From NCBI GenBank assembly GCA_963663865.1, contig OY760686.1:352001-416000 (forward strand): a DNA stretch of 64,000 nt, written 5' to 3'. The DNA comes from Spirochaetota bacterium (GTDB taxonomy: Bacteria; Spirochaetota; UBA4802; UBA5550). The position numbers and the translations under genes were made by a program. How positions within the stretch are numbered: position 1 is the stretch's first letter; the number at the start of each line of letters is the position of its first letter. The notes beneath the pieces were generated by a model, which did no database searches, was not told the DNA's origin, and worked only from the letters and a program-made list of their open reading frames with translations. Below, one piece after another: positions 8,927 through 18,641 of the stretch.

Positions 8927-10288
8927 TTATTTTTTACACAAAGCTTGATAAAGAGCCTGAAGCGCGATATCAGCCTGATAGTTTTGAACTCCGAAGTGAA
9001 AGCTGAACTGCGCAGGCCCCTGGTCAATAATTTCGATGTTGATATTTTTTTCCTTAAGAGCGGCGGAAGCGGCTGCAATTACTCCCGGGCAGTCTTTCAT
9101 GCCTATGCCAACCGGAGAAAGGAAGGTAATATTGTAGTTTAGTTCTATCTTTTCGGGTTGGAGTTCTTTGAATATAGAATCTTTAAGATCATCCTCAAAC
9201 CCTTTCAGGTCCGATTGGTTGAAAATTACAGAAATATCATCCTTGTCGGTCGGATAGTGATAAGTCTCTATTCCAAAGTCCTTCATTATACGAAGCAGGT
9301 TGCTTACAAAACCGAGTGTCTCACCGGCTCCGTCTTTTTCTATGTAAAGGTAAGCTATGTCATCTCTTCGGGCAATACCGACAACGGTTTCTTCAGGGAT
9401 TCGCTCGGATACAATCATCGTGCCCGGAGCGGACGGATTATTCGTGTTCCTGATGTTGATCGGGATATGTCTTTTTTTGCAGTTAATCATAGCGTCGAAA
9501 TGGAAGATGTTGAAACCTTTTGAAGAAAGAAGGCGAATCTCTTTATATGTAAGCCTTGGAATTACCTCGCAGTCCGGAATAATTCTGGGATCTACCTGAA
9601 AGACTCCATCAGTGTCTGTCCAGTTTTCGTAAAGAGACGCGTTTACAGCATAGGCAACCTCACCTCCTGTAAGGTCCGAGCCTCCTCTGGAAAAAACAGC
9701 AATATCTCCTGATTCTGTCACCCCATAGTAACCGGGAATAACAGATACTTTGTCTGAATCAGCAAGCTTTGCAAAGTTTTTATACGTTGCCGGGATTACG
9801 CGGGCGTTAGAGAAGTTGTCTGTGACCAGAAAGCCCTTTTCTTCCGGAAGTACGAGTTCTGATGGTATGCCCTGTTTGGCGAAGTGGCGGGCTATAATCT
9901 TTGCATTGTAATGTTCGCCTCTGGAGGCATAGAAGTCAGTTTTTTTTGGATCGGGAAGACTTTTTTTTAAATCGTCAGACAGGTCGGCAATAATGTCATT
10001 TCCTTCAATACCAAGATCGTCGATTAGGCGCTTGAATTTGCCAACAACCGCGGTAAAGCTTTCCTCAGGGGTAATGTTCTTCTTCATGTCTCTGAAGTGT
10101 GTGCCGCCAGTGGCTATATTGAAAAGATGGTCGGTTATTTTTTCTCTGTCTGTTTTATCCTTGCCGGGAGCAGAAACAACAATATATTTTCTATTTGGAT
10201 TTGATTTTACAATGTCGGTTACCTTGGAAATCTGTTCAGCGTTTGCGACTGAACTGCCTCCGAATTTTGCAACAATATGCCCTTCCAT
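8927..10288 (-). CDS. lysC: Aspartate kinase
   Basis: VAKFGGSSVA, VVSAPG, FSRGGSDLTG, ENWTDTDGV..DPRI, C-terminal ACT domains. Confidence 0.93.
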   Translation of the reverse strand: MEGHIVAKFGGSSVANAEQISKVTDIVKSNPNRKYIVVSAPGKDKTDREKITDHLFNIATGGTHFRDMKKNITPEESFTAVVGKFKRLIDDLGIEGNDIIADLSDDLKKSLPDPKKTDFYASRGEHYNAKIIARHFAKQGIPSELVLPEEKGFLVTDNFSNARVIPATYKNFAKLADSDKVSVIPGYYGVTESGDIAVFSRGGSDLTGGEVAYAVNASLYENWTDTDGVFQVDPRIIPDCEVIPRLTYKEIRLLSSKGFNIFHFDAMINCKKRHIPINIRNTNNPSAPGTMIVSERIPEETVVGIARRDDIAYLYIEKDGAGETLGFVSNLLRIMKDFGIETYHYPTDKDDISVIFNQSDLKGFEDDLKDSIFKELQPEKIELNYNITFLSPVGIGMKDCPGVIAAASAALKEKNINIEIIDQGPAQFSFHFGVQNYQADIALQALYQALCKK

Positions 10289-10411
10289 CCTGAATCTCCA
10301 TTTTGAATTGATCTTCTACACTATAGCCAGAAAAGTCATTTAGCTTCTGTTTTGCCAGAAATATAGACACTTATAAGATTATCAAGAAAATTATTTTGTA
10401 AAATGACTTAC

Positions 10412-10699
10412 CTATATCAGAGAACCCTGAATATCCTCATCATCATCTATGCTACCGGTTTCCGTATCGACACCGACCTTTACTTTTTTTAAAGATCCGG
10501 ACCTGGTTTTTTGAAGAATCTCAATCTTCTGTTCCGCTTCTTCAAGGCGGGCGTGACAGTAGGCTGCGTGTTTCATCCCTTTTTCGAATTCAATTATAGA
10601 CTCATCGAGACCCAGTTCGGCAGACTCAAGCCTTTCCGCTATTAACTCGAGTTTTTTTAGGGAATCTTCAAATGTTTCGGTCTGTTTTTTCTTTTCCAT
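10412..10699 (-). CDS. xseB: Exodeoxyribonuclease VII small subunit
   Basis: TFEDSLKKLE.IA..LES.EL.LDESI..FEKG...AEQKIE; start taken at MEKKK just after the xseA stop. Confidence 0.93.
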   Translation of the reverse strand: MEKKKQTETFEDSLKKLELIAERLESAELGLDESIIEFEKGMKHAAYCHARLEEAEQKIEILQKTRSGSLKKVKVGVDTETGSIDDDEDIQGSLI

Positions 10700-10704
10700 T
10701 GCGG

Positions 10705-11985
10705 TTACTCCCTGGTTATTCTGTTTACTGTACATCCAAGGACTCCGTCTGAAAGCCTGACGTCAACGGAATCTCCCGGTGTTGTGCTATTAACGCTTTT
10801 TAATATGCTCCCTTCTCGGCTGACGATAGCGTATCCCCGTTTCATCGTGTTCAGAGGGGAAAGCTTGTCCAATGATTGCAGAGTAAGATTGTATCTATAA
10901 GTGCAATTTTCTAAAACTGTTCTAACAGATTTTGTTAGATCGGGAACAGCTAAAAGGCGGTTTCTGTTTTGCATGATGATATCCTTCATTCCTGAATATA
11001 TTGTCGTTTCCGCGTCTGTGAGCCTTCGGCTTGCTGGTGAAAGAATATCCGCAGGGAATTTAAAAATCCTTCTCGCTAAAACTGAGTTTAGGCGGTTCTC
11101 AAGGCGGGAAATCAGATTATTAAGCGATATATCAATTCTGGCCGACATCATGTTGATGTCATCTAAAAGATCGCGTTTAACCGGGAAAGCAAGCTCAGCT
11201 GCAGCTGATGGTGTAGGCGCGAAGGCGTCTGCGGCATCATCGGTCAGAGGGTGGTCGATCTGATGTCCGACAGCTGAAATTATAGGGACGCCTGATTCCG
11301 CGTATGCCCGGACAACGCCTTCATCATTGAAAGCGAGAAGGTCTTCAAAGGACCCGCCTCCCCGTCCGGCAATTATGAGATCTACACCGTATTCAGGCCT
11401 GTTAAGAACCTCAATGGCCCTTATAATCGCAGAAGGCGCATCATCCCCCTGGACCTTTGCCGGAGCGATAAGGATATGTGCATCAGGGAAACGCTTGAGT
11501 GCGACTTTTATTATGTCCTGAACAGCGGCGCCGGTTGGAGAAGTAACAATCCCGACGGTACGCGGCAAAAAAGGAAGTTCACGCTTTCTGCCCTGATCGA
11601 AAATTCCTTCCAGAAAAAGCTTCTTTCTCAGTTCATCAATTTTTTTCTGTATATCCCCAATTCCCTCCGGCTGAAGAGACTGGATGTTGATATTGTAGGT
11701 CCCTCTTTTTTCAAAGAGGCTAAGACTTCCGAAGGCAAAGACGCTCATTCCGTCTGTAAGCCTGGTTTTAAGAAACCTGTTAGCGAATTTGAAAAAAGTA
11801 GCCTGAATGACCGCATTGTCGTCTTTCAGTGTGAAATAAATGTGACCTGAGGAGTGGTAAGTAAGGTTGGTTATCTCTCCCTTGACCCAAATACTGGAAA
11901 ACTCCGGCGCAGTTTCAAGGCTGCGTTTTATTTCCTTTGTTAAAGCGCTAACCGTGTAATAATTGTTATCGGATAGAGTTATCAT
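10705..11985 (-). CDS. xseA: Exodeoxyribonuclease VII large subunit
   Basis: WVKGEITN, SGHIYFTLKD, VTSPTGAA, RGGGSFEDL, ISAVGH, PTPSAAAE, LSPLNTMKRGY. Confidence 0.96.
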   Translation of the reverse strand: MITLSDNNYYTVSALTKEIKRSLETAPEFSSIWVKGEITNLTYHSSGHIYFTLKDDNAVIQATFFKFANRFLKTRLTDGMSVFAFGSLSLFEKRGTYNINIQSLQPEGIGDIQKKIDELRKKLFLEGIFDQGRKRELPFLPRTVGIVTSPTGAAVQDIIKVALKRFPDAHILIAPAKVQGDDAPSAIIRAIEVLNRPEYGVDLIIAGRGGGSFEDLLAFNDEGVVRAYAESGVPIISAVGHQIDHPLTDDAADAFAPTPSAAAELAFPVKRDLLDDINMMSARIDISLNNLISRLENRLNSVLARRIFKFPADILSPASRRLTDAETTIYSGMKDIIMQNRNRLLAVPDLTKSVRTVLENCTYRYNLTLQSLDKLSPLNTMKRGYAIVSREGSILKSVNSTTPGDSVDVRLSDGVLGCTVNRITRE

Positions 11986-12028
11986 GACTGTAGGTTGGAA
12001 GAACAGAGGGATTTTGGCAATAACAAAA

Positions 12029-13465
12029 TCAGTACATGGCGCCTACGCCGATTTGGAAACAGATCTCAATATTACTGCTGCTTTTGTAGCCTACTTCTGA
12101 GATGATTTTCTGGTAAAGATACAGATAAGGCATAATCTGTTCATCGATTCTGAGCGTGATTTCTGAGCCCATTGACTGTACGCCGCTGAAAGGAGAACCT
12201 TCAAACCACTTCGAAAAGTTCATGCCGAAAAAGCCCTGCCCGTTTGGCAGAATGGAATACGGGTCTTCATTGTTAATATCCTGAAGATAAAATCTCTGCC
12301 TGTACTCAATAGTGAAAGCCCATGCGAAAGACTTGTTCAGAATAGATATTTTGCCGAGAGAGACGCCGAGCCCAATATCATAAACACCGAAATAATTTGA
12401 CATTACATTATCGTGGTCAAAAAAATAAAAGTCTCTAAAGGAGAAAATGGAGTAGTATTTCAGGTCTCTTTCTGACGAGTAGTAGGCGTATGACATATCG
12501 ATTTTATCCGCGTCCATCGTAATTCCTGTGTGAGACTTTCCATCGTGCGGTAAAAGCCTGGGGTAAATGGAAAGAGAGAACTCGGACTGTTTTTCCCTGT
12601 ATCCGAAAATGAAGCCGGTTTTAAAATCTGACTCCTTGATTTTAAGACCGGAGTTGATTACGCTTTCGTGATGTGAGAGCAGGAAGCCTATCCCCAGACG
12701 GAAACCACCGATAGAATAGACTGATTCAAGGCTCTCTTCATGGGTCAGCAGGTTGGGAGCCATCAAACCGAGCCTCGGGTTGGAAGCGTTCAGAGTAAAA
12801 TTCCAGGCTTCAATGGGAGTGTATCTCGCGTTTAAGCTTTCCGGAAGATCGACAATTAGACCTGTGTCTTTTATGTACTTAAAACTGCTGTCTTCAAAGA
12901 AATAGCCGGTCCTGAAAGAGAAGTCGGCGGATGCGTACAGAACAGCTCTTTTCTCTGGTTTCTTCTCTTCAGCGGATTGCTGACCTTTCTGGCCGGATGA
13001 GTCCTTTTGTAGACCAAGCCTGCTCTCCTTCTCCTGCTGAAGTTTTTTCATATATGCGTCGGAAAGCCATTTAGGGACTTCTTTGTTATCAGGCTGAATT
13101 TTGAGCACCTTTTCTCCGGTGTCAACCGCCTTGATGTAGTCTCCGGTCTGGTAGTAGAGATAACCCAGCTTTTCGCCGGTTATCGCCTGCTGATGATTTC
13201 TTCTGAAAGCTTCTTCGTAGTTTTCAATGGCCTCCTTCACCTTTCCCTGGAGTTCAAGGGCCCATCCTCTGTTGTGATATGCCATTGCGGACGATTTATC
13301 ATATTCAGTGATAGCTTTATCAAAGACGTTTATTGCCTCATCGTAGCGCTTCTGTTTGCCGAGTTCAGCTCCTCTCGTGTTCAATTCGCCCGGTGACTGT
13401 GAGAAGGAAGTCACGGTTGATGTAAGAGTCATGATGATTGCGGTGGCGGATATCAGCTTCAGCAT
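12029..13465 (-). CDS. Exported protein with N-terminal TPRs and a probable C-terminal outer-membrane beta-barrel
   Basis: Start re-assigned to MLKLISATAII (signal peptide); TPR motifs (AYHNRGWAL..G...EAI..Y); alternating aromatic strands ending FQIGVGAMY. Confidence 0.7.
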   Translation of the reverse strand: MLKLISATAIIMTLTSTVTSFSQSPGELNTRGAELGKQKRYDEAINVFDKAITEYDKSSAMAYHNRGWALELQGKVKEAIENYEEAFRRNHQQAITGEKLGYLYYQTGDYIKAVDTGEKVLKIQPDNKEVPKWLSDAYMKKLQQEKESRLGLQKDSSGQKGQQSAEEKKPEKRAVLYASADFSFRTGYFFEDSSFKYIKDTGLIVDLPESLNARYTPIEAWNFTLNASNPRLGLMAPNLLTHEESLESVYSIGGFRLGIGFLLSHHESVINSGLKIKESDFKTGFIFGYREKQSEFSLSIYPRLLPHDGKSHTGITMDADKIDMSYAYYSSERDLKYYSIFSFRDFYFFDHDNVMSNYFGVYDIGLGVSLGKISILNKSFAWAFTIEYRQRFYLQDINNEDPYSILPNGQGFFGMNFSKWFEGSPFSGVQSMGSEITLRIDEQIMPYLYLYQKIISEVGYKSSSNIEICFQIGVGAMY

Positions 13466-13694
13466 ATTATTCTCTTGGATAAAGATTTTTACCTGATGAT
13501 TATCTCTCAAAGAAACAGGAACTGTCTTTAATGTGTTTACGGAGTTCAACTTCGTATGAATTAAATATAGACATTCCAATTTTACTCTAGAGTAAGAGTA
13601 ATCGTTATAATGCACAATACATTTCTCTTATTTTCGGCAAAATCTGTTGACTAATTCAATATAAAAGGGTGAATTATATCGGGAGATATCTACT

Positions 13695-14213
13695 ATGTCC
13701 AGGCTTTCAATGCGCGCAATTCTGGGAGATATAACGCTCCAGGATACTGATGCTATAGTCAATGCGGCGAATACCTCGCTGCTTGGAGGCGGCGGAGTTG
13801 ACGGCGCTATTCACAGGGCTGCCGGAAAAGGACTCCTGGACGAATGCAGAAGACTTGGCGGATGTCCTGCCGGGGAGGCGAGAATTACCGGCGCTTACAA
13901 TCTCAAGTGCCGCTATGTGATACATACACCCGGCCCGGTTTACCGGGGAGGCAGTTTAGGAGAAGAGGCCATTCTAAAGTCCTCTTATGTTAACTCCATG
14001 AATCTGGTCATGCGCCACTCTCTCAGGTCGGTTTCTTTCCCCGCTATTTCTACAGGGGTTTATGCTTATCCGAAGGCGGAGGCATGTGACATTGCAATTG
14101 AGACTGTTGCGGGTTTTATTCTTGAGAATAATTATGACGTTGAAGTTTATTTTGTTCTATTTGACAGGGAATCATACGGTCTGTATCTGGAAAAGTTAAA
14201 ATCAGTAATGTGA
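13695..14213 (+). CDS. ymdB: Macro domain O-acetyl-ADP-ribose deacetylase (YmdB-like)
   Basis: GDIT, DAIVNAAN.SLLGGGGVDGAIHRAAG, VIHTPGP, FPAISTGVY. Confidence 0.92.
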   Translation: MSRLSMRAILGDITLQDTDAIVNAANTSLLGGGGVDGAIHRAAGKGLLDECRRLGGCPAGEARITGAYNLKCRYVIHTPGPVYRGGSLGEEAILKSSYVNSMNLVMRHSLRSVSFPAISTGVYAYPKAEACDIAIETVAGFILENNYDVEVYFVLFDRESYGLYLEKLKSVM

Positions 14214-14227
14214 AAATTGTATAAGGA

Positions 14228-15079
14228 TTGGACGGAAAAATGAATTATATCGAATTGTTAAAAGAATCGGCCAGAAAAAGCGGCAGCATTGTCTGTCTTG
14301 GACTGGATCCGATTGTTGAAGAAATACCTGAGTCAGGTATGCCGGGAGAAGCAATCCTGAGATTCTACGAAAATATCCTCAATAAGATAATAAGCAGAGG
14401 AATTTTTCCCGGCGCGGCTAAGCCGAACTTTGCCTTTTACTCGAGGTACGGGTTTGAAGGTCTGGAGTCAATGTTGAAGATTATCGAACTGTACCGTGAA
14501 GCGGGAATTCCGGTTATTCTTGACGTTAAGCGCGGGGATATCGGGAAAACCGCAGAGGCTTACGCGGATGAGTCTTTTGGTTTTTACGGCGCCGATGCTG
14601 TTACTCTTTCACCATACATGGGGTTTGACTCGGTTGAACCTTTTATGACGAAGTATCCCGGGAAGGGGTACTACGTTCTCACCAAGACGTCAAACAGCAG
14701 CTCGGGAGAGATACAGGATATCAGCTGCGGGAAATCAAAGCTGTACAGGTATGTTGCTGAAAAGATTATTGACTGGTATGCTCCGGGAATAGGCTCGGTT
14801 GTCGGAGCAACCTATCCGGGTCAGCTTGCTGAAATCTCTGAAGTCTTTACGGCTTCCGGCAGGGAAATCCCTCTTCTGATTCCGGGGGTAGGAACTCAGG
14901 GTGGCAGCCTCGCGGAGGTAATGAAAGCGCTTAAAGCCTGCCCTGATTTTACAATACACAGAATTAACTCTTCAAGCGCGATTAATTACGCTTACAAAAA
15001 GAAACCCGGCATGGGGTACGCGGAGGCTGCTGTAGAGGCGCTTGACTCTCTTAACACGGAAATAGGCGGATATGCTTGA
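14228..15079 (+). CDS. pyrF: Orotidine-5'-phosphate decarboxylase (subfamily 2)
   Basis: CLGLDP, KPNFAFY, ILDVKRGDIGKT, SPYMGFDS, VVGATYP, LIPGVGTQGG; ATG 14240 is an alternative start. Confidence 0.95.
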   Translation: MDGKMNYIELLKESARKSGSIVCLGLDPIVEEIPESGMPGEAILRFYENILNKIISRGIFPGAAKPNFAFYSRYGFEGLESMLKIIELYREAGIPVILDVKRGDIGKTAEAYADESFGFYGADAVTLSPYMGFDSVEPFMTKYPGKGYYVLTKTSNSSSGEIQDISCGKSKLYRYVAEKIIDWYAPGIGSVVGATYPGQLAEISEVFTASGREIPLLIPGVGTQGGSLAEVMKALKACPDFTIHRINSSSAINYAYKKKPGMGYAEAAVEALDSLNTEIGGYA

Positions 15080-17238
15080 TAAATCTTTTCAATGAAAACC
15101 GCAATATCGTCCTTGTTCTTGCCATAGATGAGGCAATTATAAATGGAATAAAGGAAGCTTTAACGTCCGAGTGGTCTCTTCAGTTCGCAGCCAGCATGGC
15201 TGAGGCTCTTGCGGTAATTACCATTCGGCAGCCCTCGCTTATTATTTCCGAGCTTAACGGCAACAGCAGTGACTGCATTGAGCTTTTGACAAGGCTGCGT
15301 GGGTCTGCGAAGAACAGCTTTATGCCTTTTATTGTGATAGCTGCAGATAACACACTTGCCGTAAGACTGGAGGTTATCGAGAAAGGGGCCGATGCATATC
15401 TCTCAGTTCCGTTTGCTCCTGAAGAGCTGAAGGTCCTTGTAAGGTCTAAAGTAAAGTCTTTCAAGGATTTTTATCTTTTATCTATTACGGATGAGCTTAC
15501 AAGATTGTACAACAGACGGGAGCTTCTAAAAAAATTCAATGAAGAGATTGATTCGAATGAGTTTGAATATATAAGTCTTGCGATTATCGATATTGACTAT
15601 TTTAAACAGATAAACGATGTTTACGGCCATCAGACCGGCGATGCTGTTTTGAAAAAATTAGCCTCAATCTTAATAGATAAAATGGCCCGGAGTTTTTTCC
15701 CTGCCCGATTTGGTGGAGAAGAGTTTGTTGTAATAATGCCGGGCTTGAAGGCAAAGGAAGCCCGGGACGCCATATTGGACATACTGAAGAACTTTGCGAA
15801 AACAGAGTTTTCAGGCGACAGAGGAATTTTTCATGTGACCTTCAGCGGAGGTATAGCTGAATATCCAGCGATGGCTTCAAATATATCGGAGCTGCTTTCG
15901 CGCGCTGACAGGGCACTTTATGCAGCGAAAGAGGACGGGCGCAACCGAATTTATCAGTACACTCCAATAATGGGAAGAAATGATTCCTTCTGGGAATATC
16001 TGCGTATAGCAAGGGGGAGCTTTGTTGATTCAAGGGGGCATGATTCCATTACCGGGCTTCCGTACATCCCGCTTCTTCTTGAAAATATGTCGCAGCTTCC
16101 ATACACAATCAAATGCGTAGGTGTCCTTTTTCTTCGTTTCTCTCATCTGTTCGATTTGGACCTTTTTGCCGGTGAGAGATGTATAGGATATGATATTGAG
16201 AATATAGGGCATATAATTGAGAAGGCAAGCAGTCTTATTTTCCCTACAGACACCTTTGCTGGTATTTCCGATCTATATGAGAACGAGTTTGTGTTGCTCT
16301 ACCCCAGCCCGGTAGATTTCACAATGAATTATTTGAAGTTTGAAGAGATATGCAGTGAAATATGCGTTACTGTTGAGTTCTCAATATTCGATTATCCTTT
16401 TCAGGCGGCTTGTTCACAGGGAATAATATACTATAACGAATCTGATCCGAGAGAGATTCTTCAGGCAATTAAAAAGCAGAGGAAAGGCATAGTCACTCAG
16501 ACGGACAGATGGGCACGCTTTGAACACTTGAAAACACTGTTTGTTCCCGGTGAGAAGAAACGGGTTAATACAGGCATTATAAAGCCCATTTACTATCATT
16601 CGCTGGCTGAGGGCTTCAGTCAGGAGTTTACAGGGCTTTCGCTGTCCGCGGAAGATGCCCGCCCCTACATGCTTGAAGGAATTCTGAACAGCACGTTAAA
16701 GGATGAAGCAATTCTCAGGTGTTTCTTTGCTGGTCTGAGGGATGAGGTGAAGGGTGAAATCAAAGGCACTCTGCTGTTGCCATATCTTGAGGGTATAAGG
16801 CTTGACTATTTTCTTGATGCAGTTCTTGAGTTTTTCCCAGACGAACAGATTGCAGTTTTGTTCAATGAAAAGCTGGTTTCTAAAAAGGGCCCTGAGCTTT
16901 TCATGGAAATTGAGCAGAGACAGAATCCTCGTTTAAAGGGCGGAATTGACAACTGCTATATTGGCAACAGCATTCTCAGCGTCCTTTCCGCGTACGATGT
17001 TGGAGTTGTGCTTTTCGCTGAAAGCGCTACCAGAAACCTTAACCGTTACAAGGATAGAATCAAGGTCATTCGAGGCCTGACTGTTTTTCTTGAGCAGCTC
17101 TCGATTCCACGCATTGTGAAGAATATCCACTTTGAAGAGGATCTCTCTGTAGCCTATGGACTCAGAATGAGCCATGGGGCTGGAAGATATATTTACGAAA
17201 ATGGGGCTCCCGGTTCAGCCACAACAGTTAAGTTTTAA
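15076..17238 (+). CDS. REC-GGDEF diguanylate cyclase with degenerate C-terminal GGDEF/EAL-like domains
   Basis: Receiver domain (GADAYL..PF); DELTRLYNRR, DIDYFKQINDVYGHQTGD, RFGGEEF, ADRALYAAKEDGRN; tail with DSITGLP and GIDNCYIG. Confidence 0.88.
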   Translation: MINLFNENRNIVLVLAIDEAIINGIKEALTSEWSLQFAASMAEALAVITIRQPSLIISELNGNSSDCIELLTRLRGSAKNSFMPFIVIAADNTLAVRLEVIEKGADAYLSVPFAPEELKVLVRSKVKSFKDFYLLSITDELTRLYNRRELLKKFNEEIDSNEFEYISLAIIDIDYFKQINDVYGHQTGDAVLKKLASILIDKMARSFFPARFGGEEFVVIMPGLKAKEARDAILDILKNFAKTEFSGDRGIFHVTFSGGIAEYPAMASNISELLSRADRALYAAKEDGRNRIYQYTPIMGRNDSFWEYLRIARGSFVDSRGHDSITGLPYIPLLLENMSQLPYTIKCVGVLFLRFSHLFDLDLFAGERCIGYDIENIGHIIEKASSLIFPTDTFAGISDLYENEFVLLYPSPVDFTMNYLKFEEICSEICVTVEFSIFDYPFQAACSQGIIYYNESDPREILQAIKKQRKGIVTQTDRWARFEHLKTLFVPGEKKRVNTGIIKPIYYHSLAEGFSQEFTGLSLSAEDARPYMLEGILNSTLKDEAILRCFFAGLRDEVKGEIKGTLLLPYLEGIRLDYFLDAVLEFFPDEQIAVLFNEKLVSKKGPELFMEIEQRQNPRLKGGIDNCYIGNSILSVLSAYDVGVVLFAESATRNLNRYKDRIKVIRGLTVFLEQLSIPRIVKNIHFEEDLSVAYGLRMSHGAGRYIYENGAPGSATTVKF

Positions 17239-17755
17239 TCTTCAATTCTTTCGCATAAATCCGCCGCATATCAAGAAAAAAATCAGTATAGCTTTTTTGC
17301 ATGTAGTCGGGATAGGTCCACGGCCAGAAAAGGTATTCACCGGAGCTGTAGCGGTATTCGCTTTCGAGGTAAACTCCGTCCCTGAGGTATATGCGGTGGC
17401 TGTAGTCCTTGCATGATGCAAGAAAAACATTGGCCAGAGTCATGTAGCCGGGGTCAATATTTACTTTTCTTTTTCCGGAATTTGAAGAGGCAAGCTCAAT
17501 TTTATTAGCAGTAAGCTTGGCTGACACAATGCTTTCGCGGTCGATAAGCTTCTGGAAGGATACAAATCTTCTGAAAAGAGGATATCCTATTTCCCTGTAG
17601 TAACCTGTGTTGGCGAAAGGGATTTCGGAGCTCTCAAGGTCAATATTACCGAAAACGAGGACAAGAGCAGAGACCGATTCGATATATATATCTGAAGTGG
17701 GATAAAGAAGCCCAGTGAACAGCTTTGCCGGTTGCGGAAAAAGGGGCTCAGCCAT
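17228..17755 (-). CDS. DUF4416 family protein
   Basis: T.YY.EIG..L.RRFVSF, RKVNIDPGY, K.YSHRIYL..GVY.E, WPWTYPDY. Confidence 0.8.
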   Translation of the reverse strand: MAEPLFPQPAKLFTGLLYPTSDIYIESVSALVLVFGNIDLESSEIPFANTGYYREIGYPLFRRFVSFQKLIDRESIVSAKLTANKIELASSNSGKRKVNIDPGYMTLANVFLASCKDYSHRIYLRDGVYLESEYRYSSGEYLFWPWTYPDYMQKSYTDFFLDMRRIYAKELKIKT

Positions 17756-18458
17756 TGCAGAGCTCCTCTGCCGTTATCTGAGCGAGCCTGTAATCGGTTA
17801 ATGTAGTAATCTTGAAGTTTACAGGGCTGCCTTTGACAACTGCCGGCTTAACGCCCGATGCAATGAGCATTGTGATATCGTCGGTGTAGGCCTTGCCTTC
17901 CGAGTTGGCGGACTCATGGGCTTCTTTAATAAGCTCAAAACGGAAACCCTGCGGAGTCTGTGCGCAGAAGAGACTGTCTCTCGGCGGCGCCGATATGACC
18001 TTGCCCTCTTTAACTATTGCCGGAGTGTCGGTTATTGGCATATACGTTCCGGCAGCCCCGTTTCCCGCAGAGGCCGCTGCACACTCTTCAATAATTCTGC
18101 CGTCTACGAACGGCCTTGCCATGTCGTGGAAAAGCAGAATATCGTTCTTCTCGAAATGCCCGGATATCAGGGCGTTGTAGACGGATTGCTGCCTCGTGTG
18201 TCCGCCTTCAACGAGTCTTGAGGGTTTATCCACAGAAGACTGATTTATAATTGAAGCTATATCTTCAAGAAAATCCGGATGAGAAACCACTATTATCTCA
18301 TCAACAACGGAACATTGAGAAAAAGCATGTAGAGACCATGCGAATACGGGCCTCCCGCCCAGAGGAAGAAGCTGTTTTGGTATATCCGCACCCAGCCTGC
18401 TGCCTGTGCCGCCGCCTAAAAGTACGGCGAAAACCCTGCCCTTTGTTCTGCTTTCCAT
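17748..18458 (-). CDS. ispD: 2-C-methyl-D-erythritol 4-phosphate cytidylyltransferase
   Basis: GG.GSRLG..IPKQ, GG.TRQQSV, FHDMARPF, AQTPQGF, TDD, NFKITT. Confidence 0.9.
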   Translation of the reverse strand: MESRTKGRVFAVLLGGGTGSRLGADIPKQLLPLGGRPVFAWSLHAFSQCSVVDEIIVVSHPDFLEDIASIINQSSVDKPSRLVEGGHTRQQSVYNALISGHFEKNDILLFHDMARPFVDGRIIEECAAASAGNGAAGTYMPITDTPAIVKEGKVISAPPRDSLFCAQTPQGFRFELIKEAHESANSEGKAYTDDITMLIASGVKPAVVKGSPVNFKITTLTDYRLAQITAEELCNG

Positions 18459-18641
18459 GAAGATGCCCCTATTATTTACTTGTTTCAGAGGGAATGCTTT
18501 CAGTCGGTAATGTCAATGACATAAAGGCCCCCATTAGAGACCCATGAACTTCTTGACAGGATAACATTAAGAGCAATAGAGTCAACAATTCCGGCGTATG
18601 TTGATTAAAATATCCGGAAAAACCCAAAACAGTGAAATTAA

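Noticed and set aside
10289-10411. Lysine riboswitch upstream of lysC
   Set aside because: The gap is only ~120 bp with two short hairpins; too short and without the L-box consensus.
13466-13615. N-terminal extensions in the ORF track (also at 10735, 35589, 37625, 44792, 49736, 55265, 61186)
   Set aside because: Downstream starts give better RBS, signal peptides or domain boundaries.
13695-14213. Macro domain gene as a DarG-type antitoxin or defence component
   Set aside because: It has stand-alone YmdB-type motifs, no ADP-ribosyltransferase neighbour and a housekeeping context.
18226-18234. Perfect canonical DnaA box TTATCCACA
   Set aside because: Single copy inside the ispD coding sequence; expected by chance.
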